Assembly: GCA_964509505.1 (NCBI GenBank)
Contig: CAZDYP010000001.1
Location: 1-61,108 of the forward strand
DNA length: 61,108 bases
Direction of reading: 5' to 3'
Origin: an uncultured Anaerolineae bacterium
GTDB lineage: Bacteria; Chloroflexota; Anaerolineae; JACRMK01
The number at the start of each line of letters is the position of its first letter. The stretch's first letter is position 1. Of the stretch, positions 1 to 7,524 are shown piece after piece. The translations under genes were made by a program, and so were the position numbers. The notes beneath the pieces were generated by a model that worked only from the letters and a program-made list of their open reading frames with translations, did not search any database and was not told the origin of the DNA.

Positions 1-116
1 GCGTGCTTGGCGAATACTTTGCGTCTTGGCGTGAGCAAATCAATCGTGTAGGGGCAATGTTCTGACGGGTTGCAATCCCGCCAGCTAACCCTCCCTCATC
101 AAAAATTTGTTTCCTC

Positions 117-144
117 TTGACACCCCCCCAAGCCATTCTATAAT
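117..144 (+). promoter_or_regulatory. sigma70-type promoter (TTGACA-16 nt-TATAAT) upstream of the SET-domain gene
   Basis: TTGACA at 117-122, TATAAT at 139-144, 16-nt spacer, 36 nt upstream of the ATG at 181. Confidence 0.5.
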
Positions 145-180
145 CCGCCCACATTCAAACCACGACACCCTCGAACGCCT

Positions 181-618
181 ATGCGCCACCCTCTGCCCGA
201 CGACGCTTTGTGGTCGCCCCCTGACTTATTAGTCAAAGAATCCAACATTGCCGGCTGTGGCTTGTTCACGACAAAAGCCTGTTGCGCGGGCGAGGTGTTG
301 CTCGTCATTGCGGGCGAAGTCATTGACGAAGCCGAAGCCGAGCGCCGCGAGCGCGCAGAACACAATTGGTACATCTACTGGAACGGCGATACGTACATTG
401 ATACGACGCATACGCCTCATGCGCGTTACATCAATCACAGTTGCCATCCCAACGTCACCACCATCCCACGCGACCACGCGACGCGCTACCTCGTCGCCAT
501 GCGCGACCTTGCGCCCGACGAAGAGCTGACAATGGATTACGATTACGACGACATTTATGCGCTGTGCCAACAGTTTAATCCGCGCTGCAAGGCAACAGCG
601 TGTGAGGCGAAGCGATAG
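181..618 (+). CDS. SET-domain protein (putative lysine methyltransferase)
   Basis: 145 aa; RYINHSCHPN and EELTMDYDY motifs typical of SET domains; Cys-rich tail CQQFNPRCKATAC. Confidence 0.8.
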   Translation: MRHPLPDDALWSPPDLLVKESNIAGCGLFTTKACCAGEVLLVIAGEVIDEAEAERRERAEHNWYIYWNGDTYIDTTHTPHARYINHSCHPNVTTIPRDHATRYLVAMRDLAPDEELTMDYDYDDIYALCQQFNPRCKATACEAKR

Positions 619-719
619 AGGGATGAAGAAACATCAAAGACGGAGTGTGAACAACGCTACCCAGATTAGCCCACCAGTTAAAATGGATAGCAGAGTCCAA
701 CCAAGTATTCTTGTCATTC

Positions 720-1421
720 TCATCGAAGCCCTCCTGTGGTGAATTGGTAAGATACCAAATAGACACCCGCGACCACCAGCAACATTGCGCTTGCTCGTTC
801 AACATAGGGCAAAGCATGGCGCAGCCAACGCGTCAGCATACCCTTGAACAGCGCCGTGCTGATAGTTAATGCAATTAGCACTGTGCCCATACCTAACGCA
901 TAACTGAGGAAAAACGTCAACCCCATACCCGCGCCCTCGTAAGCCAATGCGCTGCCCACCACGACGAGAAAGACGGGCAACGTGCAACTGAGTGAGGTCA
1001 CAGCGTAAGCGAGACCGAAGAGAAAAGCGGGTATGAGTCCGCGCCCCTGTGGCGTCCTCTGTGACCTCGGTAATGAAATAGGCAAGTGCCGTCCTGTAAG
1101 CATCCACAAGCCAAGCGCGACGAGCCCTGCGCCCACCACTGCAGAAGCCCAAGGCACGAGCCGCATCAAGGCGCGCCCGCCCGCTGCGACGACGAAGCCA
1201 ACCAAGCTGAACACGACGATGAAACCCAGCGTGACCATCAGCCCAATGAGTGTGCTGCGGGTCAAGCGCTTGATGAACGTCTGTTGCGCGAATGAATCTG
1301 TATCGCTACCAAGATAGTGAGCAATGAACGAAGGCAGCATCGCAAAACCACAAGGGTTCACGCAGGCGAACATACCCACCGAAAAAGCCCACACTACGGG
1401 CAAGCCAAAGAAGTCGTTCAC
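720..1421 (-). CDS. ccdA: CcdA/DsbD-family thiol-disulfide (cytochrome c biogenesis) membrane protein
   Basis: 233 aa, GTG start, multi-TM; cysteine motifs ACVNPCGF and SLSCTLPVF; 4-nt overlap with the upstream thioredoxin-like gene. Confidence 0.8.
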   Translation of the reverse strand: MNDFFGLPVVWAFSVGMFACVNPCGFAMLPSFIAHYLGSDTDSFAQQTFIKRLTRSTLIGLMVTLGFIVVFSLVGFVVAAGGRALMRLVPWASAVVGAGLVALGLWMLTGRHLPISLPRSQRTPQGRGLIPAFLFGLAYAVTSLSCTLPVFLVVVGSALAYEGAGMGLTFFLSYALGMGTVLIALTISTALFKGMLTRWLRHALPYVERASAMLLVVAGVYLVSYQFTTGGLR

Positions 1422-2170
1422 TGAAGCACCTCAGCCACCACACGCTCCAACACGGCAAGCGACGTTGGAAATTCATCACGATATACGATACGCCCATCGC
1501 GCCCGATGATGATGGTCGTGTCTAATGAACGCACGCGAAACGCCTGAACAAGTGTGAAGTTCTTATCAATCGCCCACGCATGATCGCCGCCCTCAGCGCG
1601 CGCTTTGAAGTCTCGCAGGTCAGCTGGTTCATCGCTTTGTTCCACGTCCATGATGAGGACCTCCAAGCCTTTATCGCGATACTTCGCGTACAGCTGCCCC
1701 CACGCGTTGGCTTCGGGCAAACACGATCCGCACCAACCCGCCATGAAAAGGATGCCCACGACTTTGCCTTTTTTGTCGGCCAGCGTAAACTTAGCTTTGT
1801 CAATTGTTGTGACAGAGAAGTTAGGCGCGAGTGGCGCATTAGAGTTGCTGCTTTTGGGGATGGGGGCTTGTGGCGTTGTTTGAACTTGAGTCTGAGCGAC
1901 AGGCGTATTACTAGATGCTGGGGCGGATGACGCGGTAGATTGTGTCTGCGTCTGTGTGGTAGGCGCATTGACGTTGTTGCTTGGCGCGACAGGGGTGTTG
2001 ATGACTGAGATAGGATTCGGTGACGCTTGAGGTTGCATGAAGGCATTGCTTTGAGTTGTGCTAGTTTGCGTTTGTACGGGCGTGCGTTGAGAGGCGAACT
2101 GAGACCATAATAACGTCACAAATGCGCCCAGCACGAGGACAATGGCTAGAGAACCAAGTGAGCGAGTCAT
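1418..2170 (-). CDS. membrane-anchored TlpA/ResA-like thioredoxin-fold protein
   Basis: 250 aa; N-terminal TM helix, long T/Q/P/S/N low-complexity spacer, C-terminal thioredoxin fold with WCGSC active site; AAGGAG SD upstream. Confidence 0.75.
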   Translation of the reverse strand: MTRSLGSLAIVLVLGAFVTLLWSQFASQRTPVQTQTSTTQSNAFMQPQASPNPISVINTPVAPSNNVNAPTTQTQTQSTASSAPASSNTPVAQTQVQTTPQAPIPKSSNSNAPLAPNFSVTTIDKAKFTLADKKGKVVGILFMAGWCGSCLPEANAWGQLYAKYRDKGLEVLIMDVEQSDEPADLRDFKARAEGGDHAWAIDKNFTLVQAFRVRSLDTTIIIGRDGRIVYRDEFPTSLAVLERVVAEVLQ

Positions 2171-2187
2171 TACAGCTCCTTTCAGAC

Positions 2188-2490
2188 TTAGGTTGGGTCT
2201 TGAGTGACCAAGGGTTGTCGCACAGACGTTGGACGCGACTCATCTTGCGGGGTGGAGCGCTCGCATACGGACTGATTCTCGGTCAGCGAGCCAAAGGCCA
2301 GTGCCAAAGATGCAATGAAAATCAATGAGAACGCCGCCCCAACGTTCATGACGTTCTCTGTGATGAATGCGCCAAGCGCCGTGCCTGCCGTCAATGGCAA
2401 GAGAAGCGACAAGATCAACGGCAGGTGGCATGGGCAGGTGACGAGCGCGATCGTAAAGAAAAACCCGCTACGAATTTTTTGCCAGAGCAT
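2188..2490 (-). CDS. merE: MerE-like small metal-transport membrane protein
   Basis: 100 aa, hydrophobic; VTCPCHLPLILSLLLPLTAGTALGAF resembles (from memory) the LTCPCHLPILAAVLAGTTAGAF core of Tn21 MerE; GGAGGG SD 5 nt upstream of the ATG. Confidence 0.55.
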   Translation of the reverse strand: MLWQKIRSGFFFTIALVTCPCHLPLILSLLLPLTAGTALGAFITENVMNVGAAFSLIFIASLALAFGSLTENQSVCERSTPQDESRPTSVRQPLVTQDPT

Positions 2491-2509
2491 TTTGCCCTCC
2501 GATGTGATT

Positions 2510-3091
2510 TCAGTGCGCCACGACCTTGGCGGGTTGCGTGCGCTCGACTCGTTTGATCAGGCCGCGCACATTGCCCAAACAACAAGAGCCTTGCGGGTTA
2601 CGCAAATCGCACGCGCATTGTCCCACTTCGATGCCTGCGTTGATGTCAGCTATCATGGCCAGGCGCTGTTGCGGCGCTGTGGCGCGCACATCGCCTACGG
2701 TGTAGCGAAAGCAATAGCACACCAACACCTCGTCGGCGTCTGGCTCTTTTTGATAGACGCGCTCGCGCACATGATTCACCATGAAGGTTTGTGCGCCGTC
2801 GGGCGTGAAGTAAACGACCTCGCAGGTGGGCGTTGTGCAGAATAGATAAGTCACTTCGTCGCGCACCGCGCGCAGACTCACAGCCAACAACGCCTTGACG
2901 GTTTGGCCTTGCACTTTTTTGCCCGCTTCACCACACTCAGGGCAAAGGTTTGTAACGTGGGCTTGACGTTGTCCATTGGCGGAAGGCAGTTCGCAAGCTG
3001 CGCTGCCCGCTGCGGGAGGACAGCCACACGTATCAAAGGTTGATTCAGACACCGAGTTCCTTTCGTTCAATCGTAATTTGCCCGCTCTCAT
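2510..3091 (-). CDS. Cys-rich metal-binding protein (CopZ N-terminal Zn/[2Fe-2S]-type metallochaperone suspected)
   Basis: Track ORF runs to 3220 but that part overlaps merR. ATG at 3091 or GTG at 3052 (GTGTCTGA overlap with the merR stop) are more plausible starts. Motifs CPECG..TVKALL, FCTTPTC, CYCF, CACDLRNPQGSCCLG. Confidence 0.5.
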   Translation of the reverse strand: MRAGKLRLNERNSVSESTFDTCGCPPAAGSAACELPSANGQRQAHVTNLCPECGEAGKKVQGQTVKALLAVSLRAVRDEVTYLFCTTPTCEVVYFTPDGAQTFMVNHVRERVYQKEPDADEVLVCYCFRYTVGDVRATAPQQRLAMIADINAGIEVGQCACDLRNPQGSCCLGNVRGLIKRVERTQPAKVVAH

Positions 3092-3491
3092 GGTAAGTTT
3101 TGAGCAAGTAGCAAACACAACGTTCACCACGCACATCGTCCAATGGCAAGGCGGCGCCTTCATGGCGCAATTGACTGAGTGTGTCACGCAAAGCCACCAA
3201 CGACGCAATGCGTCGGTCAAGTTCTTGCAGCCGATGGTCGAGCGTCTCTAGCACTTGCACACACGGCGCTTGTCCGCCATCGCGCACCGTCAAAATCTCG
3301 CGTATGTCAGCTAGTGTGAATCCTAAGCTGCGCGCGCTGGCAATAAACCGTAGGCGTTCCACGTCTGTTGGAGTATAATCTCGGTAATTGTTGCCTGCGC
3401 GCTTGGGGCGAGTCATCAACCCAATGGATTCATAATAACGAATCGTTTGAGCTGAAACGCTGGTTTGTCTCGCTAACTCGCTGATGAGCAT
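3045..3491 (-). CDS. MerR-family heavy-metal-responsive transcriptional regulator
   Basis: 148 aa; N-terminal HTH LISELARQTSVSAQTIRYYESIGL, central coiled coil, Cys in QAPCVQV and a CVC pair near the C-terminus. Confidence 0.85.
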   Translation of the reverse strand: MLISELARQTSVSAQTIRYYESIGLMTRPKRAGNNYRDYTPTDVERLRFIASARSLGFTLADIREILTVRDGGQAPCVQVLETLDHRLQELDRRIASLVALRDTLSQLRHEGAALPLDDVRGERCVCYLLKTYHESGQITIERKELGV

Positions 3492-3502
3492 GGCTACCTC
3501 CC

Positions 3503-3533
3503 ACTATACACCTTCTAGTTACTAGAATGTCAA
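3503..3533 (-). promoter_or_regulatory. MerR-type promoter/operator: -35 TTGACA, 19-nt spacer carrying dyad TTCTAGT-A-ACTAGAA, -10 TATAGT
   Basis: Read on the minus strand: TTGACA (3533-3528), spacer 3527-3509 (19 nt) containing a perfect 7-1-7 inverted repeat (3513-3527), TATAGT (3508-3503), then GGGAGG SD and the merR ATG at 3491. Confidence 0.75.
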
Positions 3534-3566
3534 GACCTACTTCACTCAGGCGTCGGCGTTAGAAAG

Positions 3567-3610
3567 AGACCCTAAAGGTTTCTATTCGCCAGAAAAACCT
3601 TATAGGGTCT
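3567..3610. repeat. intergenic hairpin related to the GACCCGAAGGGTT palindrome family
   Basis: AGACCCTAAAGGTTT ... AAACCTTATAGGGTCT; imperfect arms, 13-nt loop; between the merR promoter and the SMP-30 gene. Confidence 0.5.
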
Positions 3611-3679
3611 GAATGTCAAACAATTTCTGAACATGCACGGACCTACTCTTATCTTACACCCACTCGACAAGGAGCATAT

Positions 3680-4540
3680 ATGCAACCCGAACTCATTGCT
3701 GATTACTCATGTAAGACCGGCGAAAATCCGTTGTGGCATCCAATGGAAAAACGTCTGTACTGGACGGACATTCCGAGCGGCAAGTTGTTTCGCTATGACC
3801 CCGCCACAGGTCACCACGAGCAATGTTACAGCGGCGAGGTTGTCGGCGGTTTCACGATTCAAGCCGATGGCGCGTTGTTATTGTACATGGCGCGCGGCGC
3901 GGTGGCGCAGTGGCGCGATGGCAAACTGACCCACGTCATCGCGGAAATTCCCGACGAGCGCGACAACCGCTTCAACGATGTCATCGCCGATCCAGAGGGC
4001 CGCGTTTTCTGTGGTGTGATGTCCACGCCAACGCGCGCAGGTCGTCTGTATCGGCTCGATACCGATGGCTCGTTGCATCGTCTGCTCGACGGCATTGGCA
4101 CGTCGAATGGTATGGGCTTCACGCTCGACCGCAAACAGATGTATTACACCGACTCGCGCAAACGTCACATCTATCTATTTGACTACGACCAGACGACGGG
4201 CGCGCTGACGAATCAGCGCCTCTTCATCGAAACACCCGAGGGCGCAGGCGTGCCTGATGGCATGACGGTGGATGCAGAAGGTCATATCTGGTCGGCGCGC
4301 TGGAATGGCTCGGCGCTATATCGTTATTCGCCCGACGGCAAAGAGGAAATGCGAATTGAATTCCCCGCGAAAAAAGTGTCGAGCGTCATTTTCGCAGGCG
4401 ACGATTACAGCGACCTGTACATCACGACAGCGTTGACCGAAAGTACCAAAGCCGAAGAAGGCGCAGGCGCAGGCGCGCTGTTTCGTTTGCGCTTGGGCAT
4501 CAAAGGCTTGCCAGAGTTTTATTCGCGCGTCAAACTTTAA
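3680..4540 (+). CDS. SMP-30/gluconolactonase/LRE-like beta-propeller protein
   Basis: 286 aa; GENPLWHP, LYWTDI, RFNDVIADPEGR, GMTVDAEG motifs; AAGGAG SD. Confidence 0.8.
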   Translation: MQPELIADYSCKTGENPLWHPMEKRLYWTDIPSGKLFRYDPATGHHEQCYSGEVVGGFTIQADGALLLYMARGAVAQWRDGKLTHVIAEIPDERDNRFNDVIADPEGRVFCGVMSTPTRAGRLYRLDTDGSLHRLLDGIGTSNGMGFTLDRKQMYYTDSRKRHIYLFDYDQTTGALTNQRLFIETPEGAGVPDGMTVDAEGHIWSARWNGSALYRYSPDGKEEMRIEFPAKKVSSVIFAGDDYSDLYITTALTESTKAEEGAGAGALFRLRLGIKGLPEFYSRVKL

Positions 4541-4557
4541 TTTGCTAAAATCATCGT

Positions 4558-5532
4558 ATGAAATGGCTGACGGTTGCTCCCGAACAAGCGCTGGGACATA
4601 TCTTGTGCCACAACCTCGCCGACGCGCAAGGACACAAGACGCTGCGCAAAGGCACGCCAATAGGCGAAAGCGAGCTCGCACAGTTGCGCGCATTGGACTT
4701 GCGTGAGGTGACGGTGGCGATGTTGGACGCCGGTGATGTGCATGAAGACGCAGCGGCAGAGCGCTTGACGCGCGTATGTGTGGGCGAGGGTGTGACGGTT
4801 AGCGCGGCGAGTGGTGGACGCACGAATTTGTTAGCGCAGCAAATGGGCGTGCTGAAAGTGCAGCGGGACGCCTTGCGACAAATCAACTTGATTGACGGCT
4901 TGACCATTGCAACCTTGCGCCATAACAGCTTAGTGCAGGCGAACAAAATTGTGGCGACCATCAAAATCATTCCGTATGCTGTGCCTGCGTCAGACCTTGC
5001 GCGCGCCGAAGCGCTGGGACGCGAGGGTGATGGCGTCGTGTCGGTGCGCGCCTTGCGTCCACAAAGGGTTGGCGTGATTCTCGCGGGGAGCGAAGCGGCG
5101 AAAGCGCGCGTCACCAAATCGTTTTTGCCTGCCATTCATTCACGTATCGAGGAGCTTGGCTCGACGCCGCTTGCGCTGGTGTATGTGCCGCACGAAAGCC
5201 AAGCCATCGCAGAGGCGTTGCATGAAACGCGCGAGATGGGCGCGGGCTTGTGCCTCATCGCGGGCGAGACTTCAATCATGGATCGCGAGGACGTGACGCC
5301 GCGCGGCATCGCATTAGCGGGTGGGCGCATCGAACACTATGGCGCGCCCGTCGAGCCGGGTAATTTGCTCTTGCTGGCTTACCTTGATGCAATGCCAGTG
5401 ATTGGCGCGCCGGGGTGTGTGCGTTCGCGCGACTTGAACGTGGTGGATTTGATCTTGCCGCGCTTGTTGTCTGGTGAATGGTTGAAGCGTGAGGATGTGG
5501 TCGCGTTAGCCGATGGCGGTCTGCTGCTATAA
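4558..5532 (+). CDS. molybdopterin-binding (MoeA-like/MoCF-biosynthesis domain) protein
   Basis: 324 aa; C-terminal half resembles MoaB/MogA/CinA-type MPT-binding fold (IAGETSIMDREDVTPRGI, PVEPGNLLLLA); assignment from memory, moderate. Confidence 0.45.
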   Translation: MKWLTVAPEQALGHILCHNLADAQGHKTLRKGTPIGESELAQLRALDLREVTVAMLDAGDVHEDAAAERLTRVCVGEGVTVSAASGGRTNLLAQQMGVLKVQRDALRQINLIDGLTIATLRHNSLVQANKIVATIKIIPYAVPASDLARAEALGREGDGVVSVRALRPQRVGVILAGSEAAKARVTKSFLPAIHSRIEELGSTPLALVYVPHESQAIAEALHETREMGAGLCLIAGETSIMDREDVTPRGIALAGGRIEHYGAPVEPGNLLLLAYLDAMPVIGAPGCVRSRDLNVVDLILPRLLSGEWLKREDVVALADGGLLL

Positions 5533-5686
5533 GTCTGGTCTCCATTTACGCAGTCATTACACGCTACTTACGTTGACTCCTTCACTCGAGGTAACCAATC
5601 AGAAACTTATCAGATTCTCCAGCGAGCCATCCCCCCTGAATCCCATTGCTTCTCTTGTCCATCATGCTATACTCAAGTCAAATATA

Positions 5687-5722
5687 GACAGCGACGTCGC
5701 GTAGCGTGTCGCTGTTTTTTTA
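5687..5722 (+). terminator. rho-independent terminator
   Basis: ACAGCGAC (5688-5695) / GTCGCTGT (5708-5715) stem followed by a 7-T run. Confidence 0.75.
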
Positions 5723-5745
5723 TCTTCATCATTCAGAGGTAGGAG

Positions 5746-5846
5746 TTACGCAGTTGAGACCATTTCAACGCGACGCAGCGAAGAGCGCCAAGAGAGATAA
5801 AAATAATTCTTCGCGCGCTTCGCGTCTTCATGGTGCAACTGCATAA
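5746..5846. repeat. ~100-nt AT-centred imperfect palindrome (TTACGCAGTTG ... CAACTGCATAA family)
   Basis: Outer arms TTACGCAGTTG / CAACTGCATAA, inner GCGAAGAGCGC / GCGCGCTTCGC words, AT-rich centre GATAAAAATAATTC; abuts the ATG at 5846. Confidence 0.5.
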
Positions 5847-6628
5847 TGCCTAAGAGCGTCTTTATGCAAATGACCTTCATCGGCACTGCGCCAGCGTTGG
5901 CGAGCGCCGACCAAGACCACATCTACATTTTGTTGGATGGTCCCTCAGGCTTCTGGTTGATTGATTGCGGCGGGAGCGCAGCGCATCATCTGTTGAAGTT
6001 GGGTTACGACCCGCTGAATTTGTCGGGTCTCATTCTCACGCACGGTCACGCCGACCACATCTACGGGTTGCCCGTGTTCATTCAAGATATGTGGTTGCGC
6101 GGGCGCAAGCACCCGTTGCCTATCTACGCTAACGAACCAACTATGGCGCGCAGCCGCAAGGCGTTGGAGCTGTTCATGGATAGCGCCCAGTTCAATTTTT
6201 TGGATTTCCGTCTCATACCCGAGACGCCGCAGAATCGCGCGCTAGAAACGCCCGATTTCACGTTGAGCACTGCGCCAACCATCCACTCGTTTCCATCCTT
6301 AGCGCTGCGATTTGATGCGAAACACTCCCGTCGGACGTTGGTGTATAGCGCCGATACGGCGCCATGCCCTAATGTCGTGGCGCTTGCGCGCGGCGCGCAC
6401 ATCTTGGTACATGAAGCGACGGTGCTTGAACCTGTCAGCACGGAGATTGGACACTCGACGCCAATGGAAGCGGCGACGATTGCCAGCGAAGCAGGTGTAG
6501 CGGAGCTGTGGCTCGTGCATTCTAACCCTGCGTTGCATCAAGTAGGCAATCCGCAATTGGCTGAGACGCGCAAAATTTTTGGGAACCCTGTGCATGTCGC
6601 GCGTGACGGCGACAGCGTGATTTTCTAG
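5846..6628 (+). CDS. MBL-fold metallo-hydrolase (RNase Z/beta-lactamase-like)
   Basis: 260 aa; LTHGHADH metal-binding motif; real start may be the internal MTFIGT Met. Confidence 0.8.
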   Translation: MPKSVFMQMTFIGTAPALASADQDHIYILLDGPSGFWLIDCGGSAAHHLLKLGYDPLNLSGLILTHGHADHIYGLPVFIQDMWLRGRKHPLPIYANEPTMARSRKALELFMDSAQFNFLDFRLIPETPQNRALETPDFTLSTAPTIHSFPSLALRFDAKHSRRTLVYSADTAPCPNVVALARGAHILVHEATVLEPVSTEIGHSTPMEAATIASEAGVAELWLVHSNPALHQVGNPQLAETRKIFGNPVHVARDGDSVIF

Positions 6629-6648
6629 GCGGCGTCTCCATCAAAGAG

Positions 6649-6686
6649 AAACCCGCTGCCCTATATGGGGCAGCGGGTTTTGTTTG
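6649..6686 (+). terminator. rho-independent terminator
   Basis: AAACCCGCTGCC / GGCAGCGGGTTT 12-bp stem, 8-nt loop, then TGTTTG. Confidence 0.7.
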
Positions 6687-6782
6687 TAACATAAAGCGAT
6701 GCGAACAGACTATACAAGTGATGCGAAAGTGTTGGACTTCGTTGCGCAATTCAGTTAGAATCACGACTACCAAGGAGGGAGT

Positions 6783-7463
6783 ATGTCTTTCTTCAATTTC
6801 AAGAAACCCGAACTGAGCGATGAACAAAAACGCCGTCTGCCGCCTGGACAGGTGCTGACGGAGAAATGGCCCGTGCTGCATGCGTCGTACATTCCACGTT
6901 TCGACCCGAAGACCTGGGACTTTCGCGTGTGGGGCTTAGTTGAAAAGGAAGTGCGCTGGACGTGGGAGGAATTTAATCAGCTGCCGATGACAACTGTGAA
7001 GTGCGACATCCATTGCGTGACACGCTGGAGTCGCTACGACAATATGTTTGAAGGCGTGCATATCAAAGAAATTATGAAGCACGTCAAGCCGTTGCCCGAA
7101 GCGGCCTATGTATTGCAACATGCCGACCCCGATTACACGACGAACACACCGCTGGATGAACTTGTAGATGACGATGTGATACTCGCGCTCAAATGGAATG
7201 GGCAACCATTGACGCCTGAACATGGTGGTCCCATGCGCCTCGTCCTGCCCAAGCTCTACTTCTGGAAATCATCGAAATGGCTGCGCGGCTTCGAGTTTTT
7301 GTCCGAAGACGAGCCGGGGTTTTGGGAGATGTATGGGTATCACATGCATGGCGATCCATGGCGCTCTGAACGGTTTGGTTCCCCTGCAGACACGTTGCAG
7401 TCTGTAAGAAAGGCGGCGGGCTATGACCCTGAGCCGAAAAGTAAGCGGCGCACAGAGGGTTAA
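6783..7463 (+). CDS. sulfite-oxidase-family molybdopterin-dependent oxidoreductase (YedY/MsrP-like catalytic domain)
   Basis: 226 aa; CVTRWS motif, WNGQPLTPEHGGPMRLVLP, YFWKSSKWL; AAGGAGGG SD. Confidence 0.7.
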   Translation: MSFFNFKKPELSDEQKRRLPPGQVLTEKWPVLHASYIPRFDPKTWDFRVWGLVEKEVRWTWEEFNQLPMTTVKCDIHCVTRWSRYDNMFEGVHIKEIMKHVKPLPEAAYVLQHADPDYTTNTPLDELVDDDVILALKWNGQPLTPEHGGPMRLVLPKLYFWKSSKWLRGFEFLSEDEPGFWEMYGYHMHGDPWRSERFGSPADTLQSVRKAAGYDPEPKSKRRTEG

Positions 7464-7524
7464 AGTGATAACGGACGATTAAGTGATAGTTAGGTTTCAG
7501 CTCCGCACACATTCTACCCGACTT

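Noticed and set aside
229-4693. Numerous long ORFs in the track overlapping real genes on the opposite strand or in other frames (for example 229-570, 799-1152, 1522-2046, 2315-2845, 4316-4693, and similar ones throughout the window)
   Set aside because: Typical shadow ORFs of GC-rich DNA. Their products are Arg/Ala/Pro-rich and low-complexity, have no motifs, and each overlaps a gene with clear family signatures.
6629-6782. Moco riboswitch upstream of the molybdopterin-dependent oxidoreductase
   Set aside because: The spacer contains only a terminator and an SD. I could not recognise the conserved Moco motif. This needs an Rfam scan to exclude formally.
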